From contig NC_058368.1 in assembly GCF_018350175.1 (NCBI RefSeq), forward strand, positions 37,450,001-37,514,000: a stretch of 64,000 bases of DNA, in the 5' to 3' direction. The notes under the pieces were generated by a model. It was not told where the DNA came from and ran no database searches. It was given only the letters and a program-made list of their open reading frames with translations. This document shows, in pieces, positions 46,760 to 61,261 of the stretch. This DNA comes from Felis catus (Eukaryota). The first letter of the stretch is position 1, and each line of letters begins with the position of its first letter. The position numbers and the translations under genes were made by a program.

Positions 46760-49700
46760 CCAAAAGGCATTGTGAGGACTCCGTGGACTCTTTCCCCAGG
46801 CAGCCATGACTGATGAAAATTAAACAATTATCTAAAGTCTCTGGAAATCGTCCTACGGGCATGCAGCACATGTGGAAACATTTATTTATTCGAGAACATC
46901 TACTAAATTTCGGGACGAATGGCAAGTGTGTGGCACTTGTCACACCCACTCCCACTCTACGCGCCCCCTCCCCAGTCAGCACTCTGGATGGCTGTGGCAA
47001 AGAATATAGAGCTTCGCTTCCCCAGCTCTCCTTCAGTGAGTGTGGTATCCCTCCCAGCTGTCAGCTTTTTTTCATCCTCCTCCAGCCCTGAGAGTTCAGG
47101 GCATTCAGCTAGCCCACACTTGTAGTTTGGAAGTTCTACCCCAGTCATGGAAGATTGAAAATACCGAGATCCCATTCACCCTTGCCCTAGCTTGCTTGTA
47201 TGACAGAGGTTCCACACCAGAAGAGACTAGAGGCTACCTCCTCTGCCTGCACCCAGCCCCCGGCTCTTAAAGCAGGGTGTCATTCAAGGAGAAGCAGGCA
47301 GCTGTTTGCATCTCCAGCTTCGGAACAGTGATGCAGAAATTTAGCCCAGGGGGAGAGCCTGGCTATAAGAACAGAGAGCTCTGAAGCTCTCCCCAAGTTC
47401 AGTGACTTTATTTTTTAAGCAATTATAGGAACGTGGTAGCTCCATGAGAGTAACAAACTAAACTGTAGGCCAGTTACTATACAAGAAAGAATCAGGGAGA
47501 GATACAGCTAAGAAGAGCCCTCCTGTAGTCACAACAAATTTTGAAGATTTGCCTCAAAACTACCCCTGAAAAGGTGCCTTAATTTAATTGGATCACAATG
47601 TGCTGCAATTTATGTCCCCAGGACATTGTCAAAACAATAGTGCAATGAGCAAGCAATTAATGGAACCTAACTATTTGGTACCAAGAAAGGCCTACAGCTT
47701 AACAGATCCCATAAAGAGGCAGACCAAGATAGCCCTGCTAAAACCACTGTCATCCTTGGATGATTGTCATGTGCCCAAGGCTACACCCTTTAGGGAATGA
47801 GATGAGAGAGAGAAAAGGATTTAAAAAAATTGAAAACATAATGACTGAGTATTTCCCCAATTTGTGGAAAAACCTTAATCTACACATCTAAGAAGCACAA
47901 CCAACTCCAAGTAGGATAAAAGGAAATAAATCTATACTCAGATACAGAGTAAAACTGATGAAAGGTGAAATTTTTCACGAATATCTTGAAAGCAGCAGTT
48001 ACTTTACTAATCCTGTACAAGGGAACTCCAATGAGATTAATTGTCAGAAATAGTGAAGGCCAGAATGCAGGGTGATGTCATATTCAAAGTGCTGAAAACA
48101 AACACCAAAAAAGTCAATTAGGATTCATATCCAGCAAGATTGTCTTTCAAAATTTAATTTGAAATAAAGATGTCCTCAGATCCAAAAATGAGGTTTCATA
48201 TCTAGCCAAACATACTTATAAGAAGTACTAAAAGAATTTTTTTTAGGTGAAAGGAAATTACCCCAGATAGTAATTCAAACCCATGACAAAAATTAAAAGC
48301 CCTGGTAAAGTTAATTAAAACAAAAACAGCCAGTAAAAATGCATATTTCTTTTCCTATCTTGTCTTACCTGACTTAAAAAAAATTAGATAAAGCAACATA
48401 TATGTAATTAAGTGCATGGTAGAGCCTAACACCTTTTAGAAATGGAATAGATTTGACAATAACAGTACAGAGCGTGTGGGTGGGAGAAAAGCCATATTAG
48501 AGTACAGAATGGTACCAGATAGTAAATTGAATCTATAGGAATAAACCCAGAGATGGTAAATAATAAGGCCATTATAACAAACTCTCTGAATATATACTTC
48601 TTTATCTTTGTCTCAGCTTCTTTATTTTTTTTAATATTTATTTATTTATTTTGAGAGAGAGAGTAAGAGAGTGTGCACAAGCAGGGGAGGGGCAGAGAGA
48701 GAGAGAGGGAGAGAAAGAATCTCAAGCTGGCTTCATACTCAGCACAGAGCCAGATGCAGAGATGGATTTCACGATGATGAGATCATGACCCGAGCTGAAA
48801 TCAAGAGTCGAACGTTCAACCAACTGAGTCACCCAGGCACCACCCCGCTCTCAGCTTCTTTAAAAGACATAACATATAATGCAATAATTATAACAATGTC
48901 TTATTGGTTTTATAACATATATAAATGAAATATTTGTAGCAATAATAACACAAAAGGGAAAAGGGAATAGCGTGAGATAGGATTGAGTCTCGCTGAAGTT
49001 AAATCAGTATACACTGAAGTAGATTCTGAGGAGATATATATAGTATGCCCTAGAATAGCCTCTAATGAATACATACATCTATGTATTTTTAAAAAAAAAT
49101 CATTAAAGGAACTAAAATACTACACCAGAAAATATTTACTTGATTCAAAAGGAAGGGTAGAGAAATTAGTATCATGAGACATACTTAAAACTAAAGGTAA
49201 AATGGCAACTTAAATCTAACTATATAAATAACAACATTAGATATAAATGAATTAAACAGTGTCATTAAAAAGCAGAGATTGTCAGACTGAATGGAAACAA
49301 AACCAAACCAAGACCAAATATATGCTATGTACAGAAGACACACTTTAGACTCAAAGATGCAAACAGATCAAGTGTTGAGAAAGCTGAAATGGCTATATTA
49401 ATACCAGACCAAAGTTAATTTTAAAACAAACTAAAGGACTAGAGATAAAGAGAGACATCGATTAAAGGTTTAATCTATCAGAAAGATCACAATTGTAAAT
49501 ATACACCTACCTAGCAGTGGAGCACTAGCATATATAAAGAAAAAACTGACAGAACTGAAGGGAGATACAGACAATTCAACTATAATAGTTTGAGATTTCA
49601 ATGCCTTGCTTTCACTAATGGTTAGAACAAGTAGGCAGAAGACCAATAAGAAAATAGAAGACTTAAACAGCACTATAAACCAACTAGACACAATAGACAT

Positions 49701-51120
49701 CTGTGCAATACTCCACCTAACAAGATCTGTACATGTCATGGAACATTCTCCAAGATAGAACATATGATAAGCCATAAACCAAGTCTAAATAAAGTTACAA
49801 AGGTTGGGATCTTATAAATTACTTTCCTCTGACTACAGTGGAGTGAAATTAAATATAATAACAGAAGGAAATGGCAAGTTCAGAAAGCTGTGGAAATTAA
49901 GCATCACTTACTTAACATGGCTAATAGGTTAAAGATGAAATCACAAGGGAAATTAAAAAATACTTTGAGATGAGTGAACATGAATATACAACATGTAAAA
50001 ACTTGTGGAATCATGTAATTACAGGGAAATTTGCAGCCTTAACATTTATAGTTTTAAAAGAGAAGAAAGATCTCAAATCAGTAGTCTATTATCTTTTTAC
50101 CTTAAAGCAATGGGAAAAGAAGGGTAAACTAAATTTGAGCAAATAAAGGAAGAATATAATGAAGACTAAAGTGGAAGTTTATGAAATTTAGAGTAGAAAA
50201 ACAGAATCAACAAAACCAAAAATTGGTTTTTTGAAAAGATAAAAAAAATGTAACAAACTTCAGCTAGACTGACCCAAGAGAAAGAAAGAATGCCCAAATA
50301 ATTAAAATCAGATATGAGCAGGGCACAATTAATATTAATTTTACAGAAATAAAAATGGAACACTTACACAATTTTATGACACAAATTAGGTACTCTACTT
50401 GGAATGTAATAATTCCTGGGAAGCAGAAATTATTGAAACTGACTTTAGAAGTAACAGAAAATTTGAATAGAACTATACTGAGCAAAGAGTCTGAATTAGC
50501 AATTTTTAAAAGTCCATTAAATAAACCTCAGGCCCATGGGGCTTCAATGATGATTTCTCAGAACACAAAAGCCACAGTTACCATACGATCCAGCAGTTTC
50601 ACTTGAATCACAGGTGTGGCCAGGAGAAATGTGAATATATGTTCACATAAAAACCTGTACATGAATGTTCACAGAAGCATTATTCACAACAGCCAAAAAG
50701 TGGAAACAACCCAAATGTCCATCAACTGAAGAATGGAGATGCAAAAATGTGGTATGTCTGTACAATGGAATATTATTTGTTCATAGAAAAGAAATGAAAT
50801 CCTGATATGTGCTACAGTATGACTGAACCTTGAAAACATCATGCTACGTGAATAATGAGAACAACGAAAGACCACACATTGTATGGCATTCTGTATATTA
50901 AATGTTTAGAACAGGTAGGTCCATAGGCACAGAAAATAGTTAATAGTTGCCAACAGTTAGGGAGGAGTGTTAGGGGGAAATGGTGAATGGCTGCAGGTGG
51001 CTATGAGTTTTTTCATGGGGGGAGAGGGGCTAGTGAAAATAAAATTGTGGTAATGGTTGCATAACTCTGTAAATATACTAAAAATACTTGAACTTTACTC
51101 TTTAAATGAGTAAATAGTAT
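46760..51120 (+). mobile_element. Old L1 (L1M/L1MB-like): 5'UTR, ORF1 end, ORF2 endonuclease region and 3' end, with deletions
   Basis: 5'UTR-like aaagtctctggaaatcgtcctacgggcatgcagc; ORF1-like gaagcacaaccaactccaagtaggataaa; ORF2-like aagcagagattgtcagactg, ggaacattctccaagatagaacatatg; 3' end cacaacagccaaaaagtggaaacaacccaaatgtccatca. Confidence 0.88.
48620..48843 (-). mobile_element. Can-SINE within L1
   Basis: Antisense copy; TSD tctcagcttcttta. Confidence 0.92.
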
Positions 51121-51515
51121 TGTTACAGGGTAAATGTGTCTCCCAAAATCTGTTTAGTTGAAGCTCTAACCTTCATTTTGGCTGTATTGGGAGATGGGGC
51201 CTCTGAGGAAATAGTTAAGGTTCAGTGAGGTCATAAGGGTAGGTAGGGTCCTGATTTGATAGGCTTGGTGTCCTCATAAGAAACACCAGGGTGATCACTC
51301 TCTCTCTTTCCCATCTCTCATGCACAAAGAAAAGTTCATGTGAGTGCATAGCTAGCTGGTGGTTTTTTATAAGAAAAGAGGCTCAAAATGAAACCTACCT
51401 TACCAGCAGTTTGATCTTGGACTTCGAGCCTTCAGAACTCTGAGAAATAAATTTCTGTTGTTTAAGTCACCCAGTCTGTGGTATTTTGTTATGGCAGCTG
51501 TAGCTGACCAAGACA
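51121..51515 (+). mobile_element. MaLR LTR (MLT1A-like)
   Basis: tgttacagggtaaatgtgtctccc...gagaaataaatttctgttgtttaagtcacccagtctgtggtattttgttatggcag...gaca. Confidence 0.9.
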
Positions 51516-51549
51516 TATATGACTAGTGAATTAAATATGGCTGTTATTG

Positions 51550-52153
51550 TTTTAAGTGAGCAAATGATTTGAATAGAAAATTTCCCAAATATTATACAAA
51601 TAACCAATATGCATATGAAAAGATAGTCATGTCATAAGCCATTAGGTAAATGCAAATGAAAACCACAAGTCAGCATTCTTACCCGCTAGGAATTCTGATG
51701 TCCTCATAAAAATTATACATGAATTTTATAGCAGCATCATTCACAGCAACCAAAATGTGGAAACAATTCAAATGTCCATCAACTAATAAATGGGTTAAAA
51801 AATATGATGTATCCATAGAATGGAATATAATTGGCCATAAGAATAATTAAAATGCTAATACATAATACAACATGGATGAATCTTGTAAACATTATGCTAA
51901 GTGAAAGAGGTCAGACCCCAAATGACACATGTAGTGTGATCCTGTTGATGTGAAATGTTCAAAATAGGCAAGCCCATAGAGACAAGTAGAGTGGTGGTTT
52001 CCAGGGCCCAGGGGAAGGCAGAAATTGAAAATGATTGCTGATGGGCATGGGCTTTCTTTTTGACATGATGAAAATATTCTAATTCTAAAATTGGTGATGG
52101 TTGCACAACTCAGTGCATATACTAAAAACACTTTATTTTTTTTAAGTTTATTT

Positions 52154-52211
<58 letters not shown>

Positions 52212-52380
52212 CCCAAGCAGGCTCCACCGGGCTCAAAATCATGAACTGTGAGATTATGACATGAACCGAAAACAAGAGTCAGATGCTTAACTGACTGAGC
52301 CACCCAGGCACCTCTAAAACCACTTCAAAAGAGTGAATTTTATGAAGTGAAAGTTATATCTCAATAAAGGTGTTATGGAA
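51550..52380 (+). mobile_element. L1 (L1MB-like) 3' fragment
   Basis: atggatgaatcttgtaaacattatgctaagtgaaagaggtcagac...tatatctcaataaag. Confidence 0.85.
52132..52313 (-). mobile_element. Can-SINE
   Basis: Long (GA)n, antisense head; TSD ctaaaa(a/c)cactt. Confidence 0.9.
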
Positions 52381-52447
52381 AAACAAAACTAAATAAAATA
52401 TACAAAATTTTCCATTCCTATAAATCTAAAAAGGAGTCAGTGGTATG

Positions 52448-52448
<1 letters not shown>

Positions 52449-52510
<62 letters not shown>

Positions 52511-52648
52511 ATATATATATATACACACATATATATATTACATATATATACATATATATTACATATGTATACACACATATATATTACATATGTATACACA
52601 CATATATATTACATATATATACACGTATATATATTACATATATATATG
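52449..52648. repeat. Compound (CT)n-(TA)n microsatellite with ~26-bp higher-order units
   Basis: (CT)~30 followed by repeats of atatattacatatgtatacacac. Confidence 0.92.
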
Positions 52649-52939
52649 TAAATGTGAAAAGAGAGCAAGAGCATATTTACCAGGAAATTAGGAAAATGGC
52701 TCTTTTCAAGGAGAGAGGAGAATGTGATTGGCGAAGGGAACAGATGAAGCTTCCACAGCACCTTTTTCAAAATAACTGCTTGTCTAACTCATCTGGGTTA
52801 GGGTGCACTGCTGCAGTTCTAATGAGGGATACTTTAGGGTATCAAAGCATTAGGACCACTTTACCATTGAGACAATTATGACATGTCCATCTGTTGAGTT
52901 TTTCATTGTATACATCTCTTTTATTTATTTTGGTAAATC

Positions 52940-53440
52940 AGATCTTGCAGAGGGCATTCTATTGGCTATTCTCACCCCCAACCCCCCCCCCCCCATGCTC
53001 CACCTCATTACCCTACTGTGTGCCTGTCAGATTTTTCTTTATGGAGTGCCAACCCCAGCCTCCCTGGCACACTGGTTCCCAATGGGATTTGACCAATTGA
53101 AGTTATCCACAAGAGATCAGAGTGTAGGAGGAAGGAGGACTTGGGATAATTAATCCTTTTGTTCCTTCTCCATGGCCTCACAGTCTTTACAGAAATTCTG
53201 TTCTGTCTACAGCTTCTGACAGGCAGCCCTTCTTTTAAGGTTCCAGCGCTAAACAAAATCCTAGTAATGCCACTTCCTGTATCTGCACCTACAAGCAATA
53301 TTGTCTTACTGCTATTGTTAGTCAGTGGGTGGCTCAGTATTGCCTGTTGCTTAATCCTGCTACCACATCTTTATTTAAGAGTCTTAAAAAAGAATCTCAG
53401 ATGAATGTGTGATCTGGCCTCTGCTTGGTCCTTAATTGCT
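52940..53440 (+). mobile_element. LTR33-like ERVL LTR
   Basis: ctggttcccaatgggatttgaccaattgaag...aagagatcagagtgtaggaggaag resembles the recalled LTR33. Confidence 0.6.
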
Positions 53441-56089
53441 ATGAGGTTATTCAGAATTTCCAAACTTCATTCCAAACTCCATCAAATTTTAGAGCTATTT
53501 GTACACAATCGGTGAAGATTGAGAAATTATCCATGTATCCATGTAGCAAAATCACACATTATAAATAATTCACATCCCCCAAGTGCAGTGTTGTTATTCT
53601 TTTATTTCCACATTAACAACATAGCTGTGCACATTTTTGCATTTCTTTAGTTTTGAAAAAGTTTTATGCTTATATGATAGCCATTATTTAGTAGGGATGT
53701 ACGTATGTTTATATAAATATTTTGGTAAGTTTTTCATCATCAGTAATTTTGAAGAACATATTATAATGTCTCTTTTTATACTTTTTCCATGCAAGAAAGA
53801 CAGAAGAGAGGCTAAATCTTTAACTCACATGCATTGGCTCTTCTCAAAATCTGACCTGTGCCTAACTACATTTTGTATAGCTCTCCTGCCATGGTATCTG
53901 GAGCCTGACCAGCGTCTCTGATATTCTATGATAGTTCTTGGCCCCGAAAGAGCCTCTAGATAATGCTGATTATCATTTAAATGAAATTACTGGTCAGTCG
54001 TAGATTTAGCAACTTCTATTATTTCCTTTGGATGCTGTTATGTTTGGAACAACAGGTGCACCTTTGCAGAACAATATACCATAAGCAGGTAAACCGGTAA
54101 GCCAGGAAATTGTGTGTAGGACTCAGATATAAGAACCATACAGATGTCAATAAAAAAATGGTATGTTCTGAAAATAGAAATTTTCATTTTCTATTGAGAC
54201 TGTACTAATCACCCATTTGCCTCAAGTTTTCATAGAAAACAAAACACAAATTATAAATATGTGTATTATAGCAAAATCTCCTGGACTCACAGGAAAATGT
54301 TTACAAATCCCCGGGGACTCAAGGATCACAGTAGGAGGAATAGACACAGAAGGAAAGATATGAACACAACTAACCAGATTCATGGATTTTGTATTGTTAT
54401 TTCAATACTGCATTATTCTGTATACATTTATAATACTCATGCTACATTATTTCAATGTCATTATAACTAAGTGAAATAATATCAAACAGTGTAGACTTCA
54501 TATTCAATGCATGTAATCCAATCCCCAGAGGCTTTAAAGTAAGAGTCAGTTAAAAAGAATTCAGACCTAATTATAAAATGGATAGAAGAGTTACTTTTTC
54601 TGGAGTTGAGTAAGCACAATCTTGGTATCCAAACATATTAAAAGGTAAAGACTGTTATTCTGACTCTTCTGGAAACCCACTTACTTTTGGTAAACAATCC
54701 AGTTAACTTGTCCTTGGGATGTTAGGAAAGAGTTAACTAAGAAGTCAGATAATTATGTTTTAAATAATGCACATTCTACTACCTTAAACACTCCATTTAG
54801 CTATAGCCATAGAACTCCGGAAGATCTAAATGGAGTATGGAACTATCATATTAAAGAAATAAATTGGGGTGTTTTTTGGGGTTATTATTTCTAAATCCGT
54901 ATCAGAATTTATGTACTGAAGCTTCGTTCAAAAGTCCTATAATTTTGTTCTGTGCAATGGAGTGGATAATTGAGGCAAATGGGTGATTAGCGCAGTCTCA
55001 AAGAACATGTTTTTACTATCTTTCAAAGTGTGTCAGAGTAATCTAATAGAGTTTAGTTAATTATGTCTCCATTATATATGTTTCAGAAGAGACTTTATAC
55101 TTATTTGTAAGTCATTCGATAGTCATCAAAACTTTGTTTTTAATTATAAAACATGTTTCTGCTAGTGTCTGATAATGCAATCTACATTTTAAATATTTAT
55201 TACACTCTTAAGAAAACTGGTATCAGAATGTTAACTATATTTAAAATTTTTTAATGACAATACTAGAATATGGTCTTCTGTTACAGTAAGTTCTGTCATT
55301 GACTTGTCTTTTCATTTGTTCTTATACTACTGCTTCTAATGATACATGAACACACCCTAAAATATACTTATGGAAGAATTTTAGCAAACTTCTGACATTT
55401 CACATATATAATGAATGGCACACTACATATGCTAGAAAAATGTAGGAGATGTTTTATCAATTGTTTTTTATAAACACATGGACTTCACTATATATGGCTG
55501 TAATTTTAGAATCTGTTGCAAAATTTTCTGGAACTAGGTGATCCAGATGATTTTTAGGTTTTATGAAGGTGGGATTTTAATCTCACCTATTGCTCTGTCT
55601 CCATTATTCTTAACAGTATATGTCATAGAAGAAGTGCTTAAAAATACTTCTTCAATGAACACCTATTTTTCACACTTACTATATCTTTTTATTAAAAGCA
55701 CATACAATTTGTTTCTGATTTATACAAATAAAACTAAAAATTCTTAAAGTTTTGTTATTCTCTTTTGACCTATTCTGTTATACAGAGGAAAATACAAGTT
55801 CTAATCATAACCTTTGTATACTACATTTAATACAAAACTGCCTTGATTAATGCAGCATGGATCATCAACGCTTTCAGTTTGGTACAACAGAATTAGCTAG
55901 CTTCCATCATAGACATCTATTAATTGCTCATTTGGAGCCAAATGCCTATCTTAGGTTCCTCTGTTAGCTCTTCCCATATTTACCATGTTTTGTCTTCACT
56001 TAAAAATTTTACTCAGGAAAAAAAAATGATTCATGGTTCCTTAATATCTGAATTTTTCCTTGGAAAAATAAGGAAGTACATGATTTTAT

Positions 56090-56326
56090 ATATTTTTATT
56101 TTTTTAATTTTTAATTTTTTTTTTGAGAGAGAGAGAGAGGGAGAGACAGAGAAAGAACGAATGAATAGGGGAGGGGCAGAGAGAGAGGGAAACAGAGAAT
56201 CCAAAGCATGCTCCAGGCTCTGAACTGTCAGCACAGAGCCCGATGCAGGGCTCAAACCCACGAACTGTGAGATGGTGACCTGAGCCGAAGTCAGATGCTT
56301 AACTGACTGAACCACCCAGATGCCCC
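56090..56326 (-). mobile_element. Can-SINE
   Basis: Antisense copy; TSD aagt(a/g)catgatttta. Confidence 0.93.
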
Positions 56327-58844
56327 AAAAGTGCATGATTTTAAAGATCAGGACACAATAAAAACAACATCAAAACATCCAACTCTTCAAGTTTCTAATT
56401 ATCAATTATTATTAGGTCTCATTGGACTGTTCATAGCATGGGTGAAAGGAGTGTTTGATGTAGCATTTTGGGTATTGCTAGGCCAGAGAATAGATGTTAA
56501 AATACATATTTCTAATTTTTGTTTCCCAGTTTTTGTCTGTGGCTTGCTAGATTCTGTGATAAAATTTTCTCTGGACAAAGACAAAATGGGAATAAGGAAG
56601 ATAAGTTAGATTTTCATAAGCTAGATTTATTTAATTTAAATAAATATTTTATTTTGGGATTATTTCCCTTTCTAGATTTTAACATTAATTTATCCTTGTG
56701 TGAAAATATTGTGTTAATTTGATATGCTTTTATATCCATATGGCAAAACATTTTTAAGACAACTCTGTATGTTCTGCTGATAAATAGTGGTATGTGTAAA
56801 ATCTTACTTGTCTTGGAAATCCAAAATCTCAAGACCATTGCTATTATTGGTGAGCCTATTTTTAAGCTACTTTTAAAACATTTTTTCCTCTTGTTTCACA
56901 TATTCTATACTAGTTACTCTTCATTTCATTAGATTTAGAAGATTTGCCACCCAAATTAATGCAAAATTAACTTCCAAAATTTATCTGCACATCCTCATTT
57001 TTTACCAGTTAATTTGTTTATGCGTTTCTAGGTTACTTAATAGGTTTGTATCCCTGTGGTATGAACTGATAGGATATAAATGTAAGAGAGGACACTTTGT
57101 TTCTAAAAAGCTAGTTGAATATAAGGAAACTTTCACTAATGCTGCCACATCTTGGGCAGAGTCCAAGAATTCTTGGATAAACTATCCATGTCAGAGAATC
57201 TAAATGGAAGAAGATGAGTTTGGGGCTTAATGCCTCACAATTGCCCATTATCTCCATTATCCAATATTCTTTGTGATTCCATCAACATTGTTTATGGAAA
57301 ATAAAGTATGTAAGGTTTGTTCACTGATTTTTTTTTATTAATCCATAATTACTTATTAAAGATACGTCATATATAAACACAGCCTAGGTAATGAGAATAC
57401 AAAGGAACCAGACAAAAGAGATTCCTGTATTTATGGCAAATAGTAACATCATTAAGTCCTAAAGAGTCCCAATTCAAGATTTTATTTTAAAGTAGATACT
57501 TATGAAAGGCTTATCACAGTCAAGAGGCTGTATTAGTGCCTGAAAAATCATTAGTGAGTAAAACATACTATTCCTTTTGAAGTTGAGATTTTAGGAGGGA
57601 AGGAAGAGAAAACACCCAAACAACTGAGATGAGGAGAATTGGTATGAAGAAAATCAGCAGGATAGAGAGTAAGAGTGGGGGTCTGGAAAAACCTCTATGA
57701 TTAGTAAAATTTGAACAGAAACTAGTGAAACCCAGTGAAAAGGCTCAAAAAGAACATTCCATGAGAGACACATGAGAGATTTTAACAATAGAACCCTCTT
57801 ATAAAAGAGAATTCTTATAGAATTCATTTAGGCAGAATGAAAGTGATCACAACTGGTGATTTTGACTTGCAAAGAAGAATAAAAGGTTCATCTGTGGACG
57901 TATATGAAGACATAATAATAAGAATGTCCTTTGGAATTTTTTAAAAATCAAGAAAGAAGTAAAAGAATCCTCCCAAATAGTACCATGTTAATCACGAAGA
58001 GGCTATTGGCGTTAAGGCTTTTTAAAGTCCTTATATTATTTGGGAGGTTGATATATTGATTGATTTGAACATTTGATATATTAATTATACATATTATTTC
58101 TAGGATAACAAAATTAAAAAATGGAGTTTATAGCTTTCTAAATATAAAGCAGAAGAATAATGAGAAAAATAAAAATTTTAATCCAATGAAGTCAAGAAAT
58201 GAGAGAAAAAAGAAAACACAAAAACTGAGATAAATAACAGCATAAAATAATGGCAAAAATAAGCTACCAGTTAAGACAATAAATGTAATTGGATTAAATA
58301 TTAAAAAAAAATGTTTCCACTTTATAGCCAAATCAGGCTATATGCTTTTTATAAAAGGTAATTTTAAAATAATAAAAATATACAAATGATAAGGGTAAAA
58401 ATTTAAAAATAGGAAAAATAATAACCAAGGGAAATCTGTGTTATTATATCAATATAAAAGTACTTTCTAATATAAAAGGCATTACTGAAGATAAAGTGTC
58501 ACTGCATGATGTTAAAAAATTCAATTCATCCAAATTATATAAAAATTATATACTTGTATACCTTTACAAAAGAATTTCTAAAGTAAATAATATGAATATT
58601 TGAAAAAACACAAAAAGAAAGAGAAAATATACACCTACATTTGGATATTTTCCTTATCTCAATAATTGATAAACAGGCAAAAAATCAGTAAGAATATTGG
58701 AGAATTAACACAGTCAAGGAACTAGATCTAATGAGCATATGAAAGACATTATACCCAACAGTAGAGATTCAACAATTTGCTTCAAACATACATGGACATT
58801 TCTGAAAATTGACTTCATTCTTTGCTTTAAGACATGCCTCAGTC

Positions 58845-59085
58845 GGGGCACCTGGGTGGCTCAGTTGGTTAGGTGACCAACTTCGGCTCAGGTCATGATC
58901 TCATGGTCCGTGGGTTTGAGCCCCACATTGGGTTCTGTGCTGACAGCTCAGAACCTGGAGCCTGTTTCAGATTCTGTGTCTCCCCCTCTCTGTCCCCTCC
59001 CCTGCTCACACTCTGTGCCTGCCTCTCTGTCTCTCAATGGTAGATAAACGTTAAAAGAAATTTTTTTTAAAAATAAACAAAAAAA
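58845..59085 (+). mobile_element. Can-SINE
   Basis: Sense copy; TSD-like acatgc(c/t)tc. Confidence 0.92.
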
Positions 59086-59282
59086 ACATGCTTCTACCAA
59101 TTTTACAAGGTGTGTCACATAGACCACATTGTCTGACAATAGTTCTGATTAAGTTAGAAATCTAGTAACAAACAAGAAAAGCAAGAAACTTCCATGAGTT
59201 TAGAAATTTGAAAACATTGTTCTGAACAATGGGAAGATCAAATAAAAAAATCAAAATGGATATTAGAAAATGGGGCTGATTT

Positions 59283-59510
59283 GGGGCGCCTGGCTGATTC
59301 AGTCGGTTGGGCATATGACTTCGGCTCAGGTCATGATCTCTCGGTCCGTGAGTTCGAGCCCCGCGTCGGGCTCTGGGCTGATGGCTCAGAGCCTGGAGCC
59401 TGCTTCTGATTCTGTGTCTCCCTCTCTCTCTGCTCCTCCCCCGTTCATGCTCTGTCTCTCTCTGTCTCAAAAATGAATAAACGTTAAAAAAATAAAAAGA
59501 AAAAAAAAAG
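59283..59510 (+). mobile_element. Feline Can-SINE
   Basis: Sense copy; exact TSD agaaaatggggctgattt. Confidence 0.96.
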
Positions 59511-59719
59511 AAAATGGGGCTGATTTAAAAAATTATTACATATCACAACTTAGGTAATATAAATGGAGTCTAACTCAATCGGCAATATATAGTCTTAAAT
59601 TTTTATATTAGACAAAAAGAGAAAGGCTAAAATTAATGAGTTATATAGTCAGCTTTAAAGTTAAAAAACATTACCTGTAGAATAAAGCCAAAGAAAGAGG
59701 TAGGTTTTAATAATGAGGC

Positions 59720-59915
59720 ATTCATTGCCTCTGAAGCCAGACTGTCTACATAATGAATCTCTGCTTTCCCTCTTGATAGTTTTTTGACCTTGAGAAAGTA
59801 ACATAAGCTCTTCTATTTTCTCATCTATAATGTATGGGTGATAGTTATAGCACCTGCCTTGCAGAATTGTGAGGATTGAATGAATCAAAATATATAAAAG
59901 ATACAGGGCACCAGG
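59720..59915 (+). mobile_element. MIR remnant
   Basis: ctctgaagccagactgtct...ttgaccttgagaaagtaac...ttctcatctataatg...gtgaggattgaatga. Confidence 0.75.
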
Positions 59916-60032
59916 ACTTTGCTTAGAACTTTGTGGTTAGCCTTTATCATTATAAGGGCAGAAATGAATTAGGAAAAGACAAAACACATCTAAACCAAGT
60001 CAAAACTGCTTCTTTTAAAAGAATAATAAGAT

Positions 60033-60265
60033 TGGGGTGCCTGGGTGGCTTAGTCTGTTCGGCAACTGACTTTGGCCTAGGTCATGATCTCACAGTTCGT
60101 GAGTTCGAGCCCCGCGTGGGGCTCTGTGCTGACAGCTCAGAGCCTGGACCTGCTTTGGATTCTGTGTCTCCACCTCTCTCTGCCCCTCCCATGTTCATGC
60201 TCTGTATCTCTCTGTCTCTCAATAATAAATAAATAAAAATTTAAAAAAAAAACATTAAAAAAAAG
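60033..60265 (+). mobile_element. Can-SINE
   Basis: Sense copy; TSD aaaagaataataa. Confidence 0.93.
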
Positions 60266-60879
60266 AATAATAAAATCAACATACCCCTTCTACTACTGGT
60301 TGGTAAAACAGAGAGAAGGGCAAATTGACAATGTTTATAAAGAACAAATAGAACATGAAGAAGGAGTCGTCATACACAACTATTTTGACAGCTTTACTTT
60401 GAAGAGTGTCATATAAAATGGGGCAATATCTGGAGGAGGTATGTTGGAGCCAAGTGGAATTTTAAAACTGTCCTTATGTTTTTAGGGTGGGCTAAGTAAA
60501 GGCAAGTTTGTATGAAGGTGGCAAAAATCCAGCTGAACAAGAATGTACTGAATCCCCTGAGAGGTCAAGGGAAGCAGTGATTCACAGGAGAGTGGACCGA
60601 GGCCAGGAAAAATAAATTATTTATGAGTGAGCCTAAAGTTAAAAAAAAATGTATTCTGCGAGCCTTTCTGTTTTAAAGAAAACACTGCTTTTGACAGAGA
60701 AAGAAAGTGTTAATTTGGGAGGTAGTGATTATTGGGAGCCAAATCTTCGACAGGTGACCTGCTAGGAGGAACACAATGATTAACAAATTCTTCCAGACTT
60801 CTCGTCTGCTGTGGATCCTTCCAACCTCTCCTATATAATTTTCAAACAGTTTTACCCGTGCTCTTGCCTCATTCTAGCC

Positions 60880-61255
60880 ATCTTGGTCTTCTGACACCCA
60901 AACTCTTTCTCACCTTAGAACCCTTGGTTTTGATGCATACCTAGAACACTCCTATCTCATACTTCCAGTGGAAGACTCTTTCGTACATTTCATGTTCTAG
61001 TTTAAAAGTTACTAATTCAGAGATCTTTATTCCTTGCTATCCTACGCTCTATGTCTGCATTTATTCTCTCTCACAGCTCCCTGTTGCCTTCCCATTATAG
61101 TACTTGTGTGAAACTGTAGTTACCACGGTCTTCATTATTTAAACGAGGTTTTGTTTTTCTCCCTCTGTAAAATGCAAACCTTATTGGAGGACAAGCATCC
61201 TGGTCACCCATCACTGTATTTATAGCACTGGAATCATATTGAACATATAATTATC
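60880..61255 (+). mobile_element. L2 3' remnant
   Basis: ctcaccttagaacccttgg...cctagaacactcc; catcactgtatttatagcactggaatcata. Confidence 0.5.
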
Positions 61256-61261
61256 AAGAAC

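Larger units (their letters stand above)
57820..59700 (+). mobile_element. Old L1 (L1ME-like) ORF2 5' fragment
   Basis: A-rich; gatctaatgagcatatgaaagacattatacccaacagtagaga; acatggacatttctgaaaattgac. Confidence 0.7.

Noticed and set aside
54685..54736. - strand exon-like segment (CTTAG|...AAA|GTAAGT, one open frame NSFLTSQGQVNWIVYQ)
   Set aside because: Weak pyrimidine tract, unrecognised peptide and no partner exons; cannot be supported
54790..54836. 11-bp inverted repeat actccatttag/ctaaatggagt with a 25-nt spacer, miRNA-like
   Set aside because: Stem too short for a pre-miRNA, and one such match is expected by chance in 64 kb of AT-rich DNA
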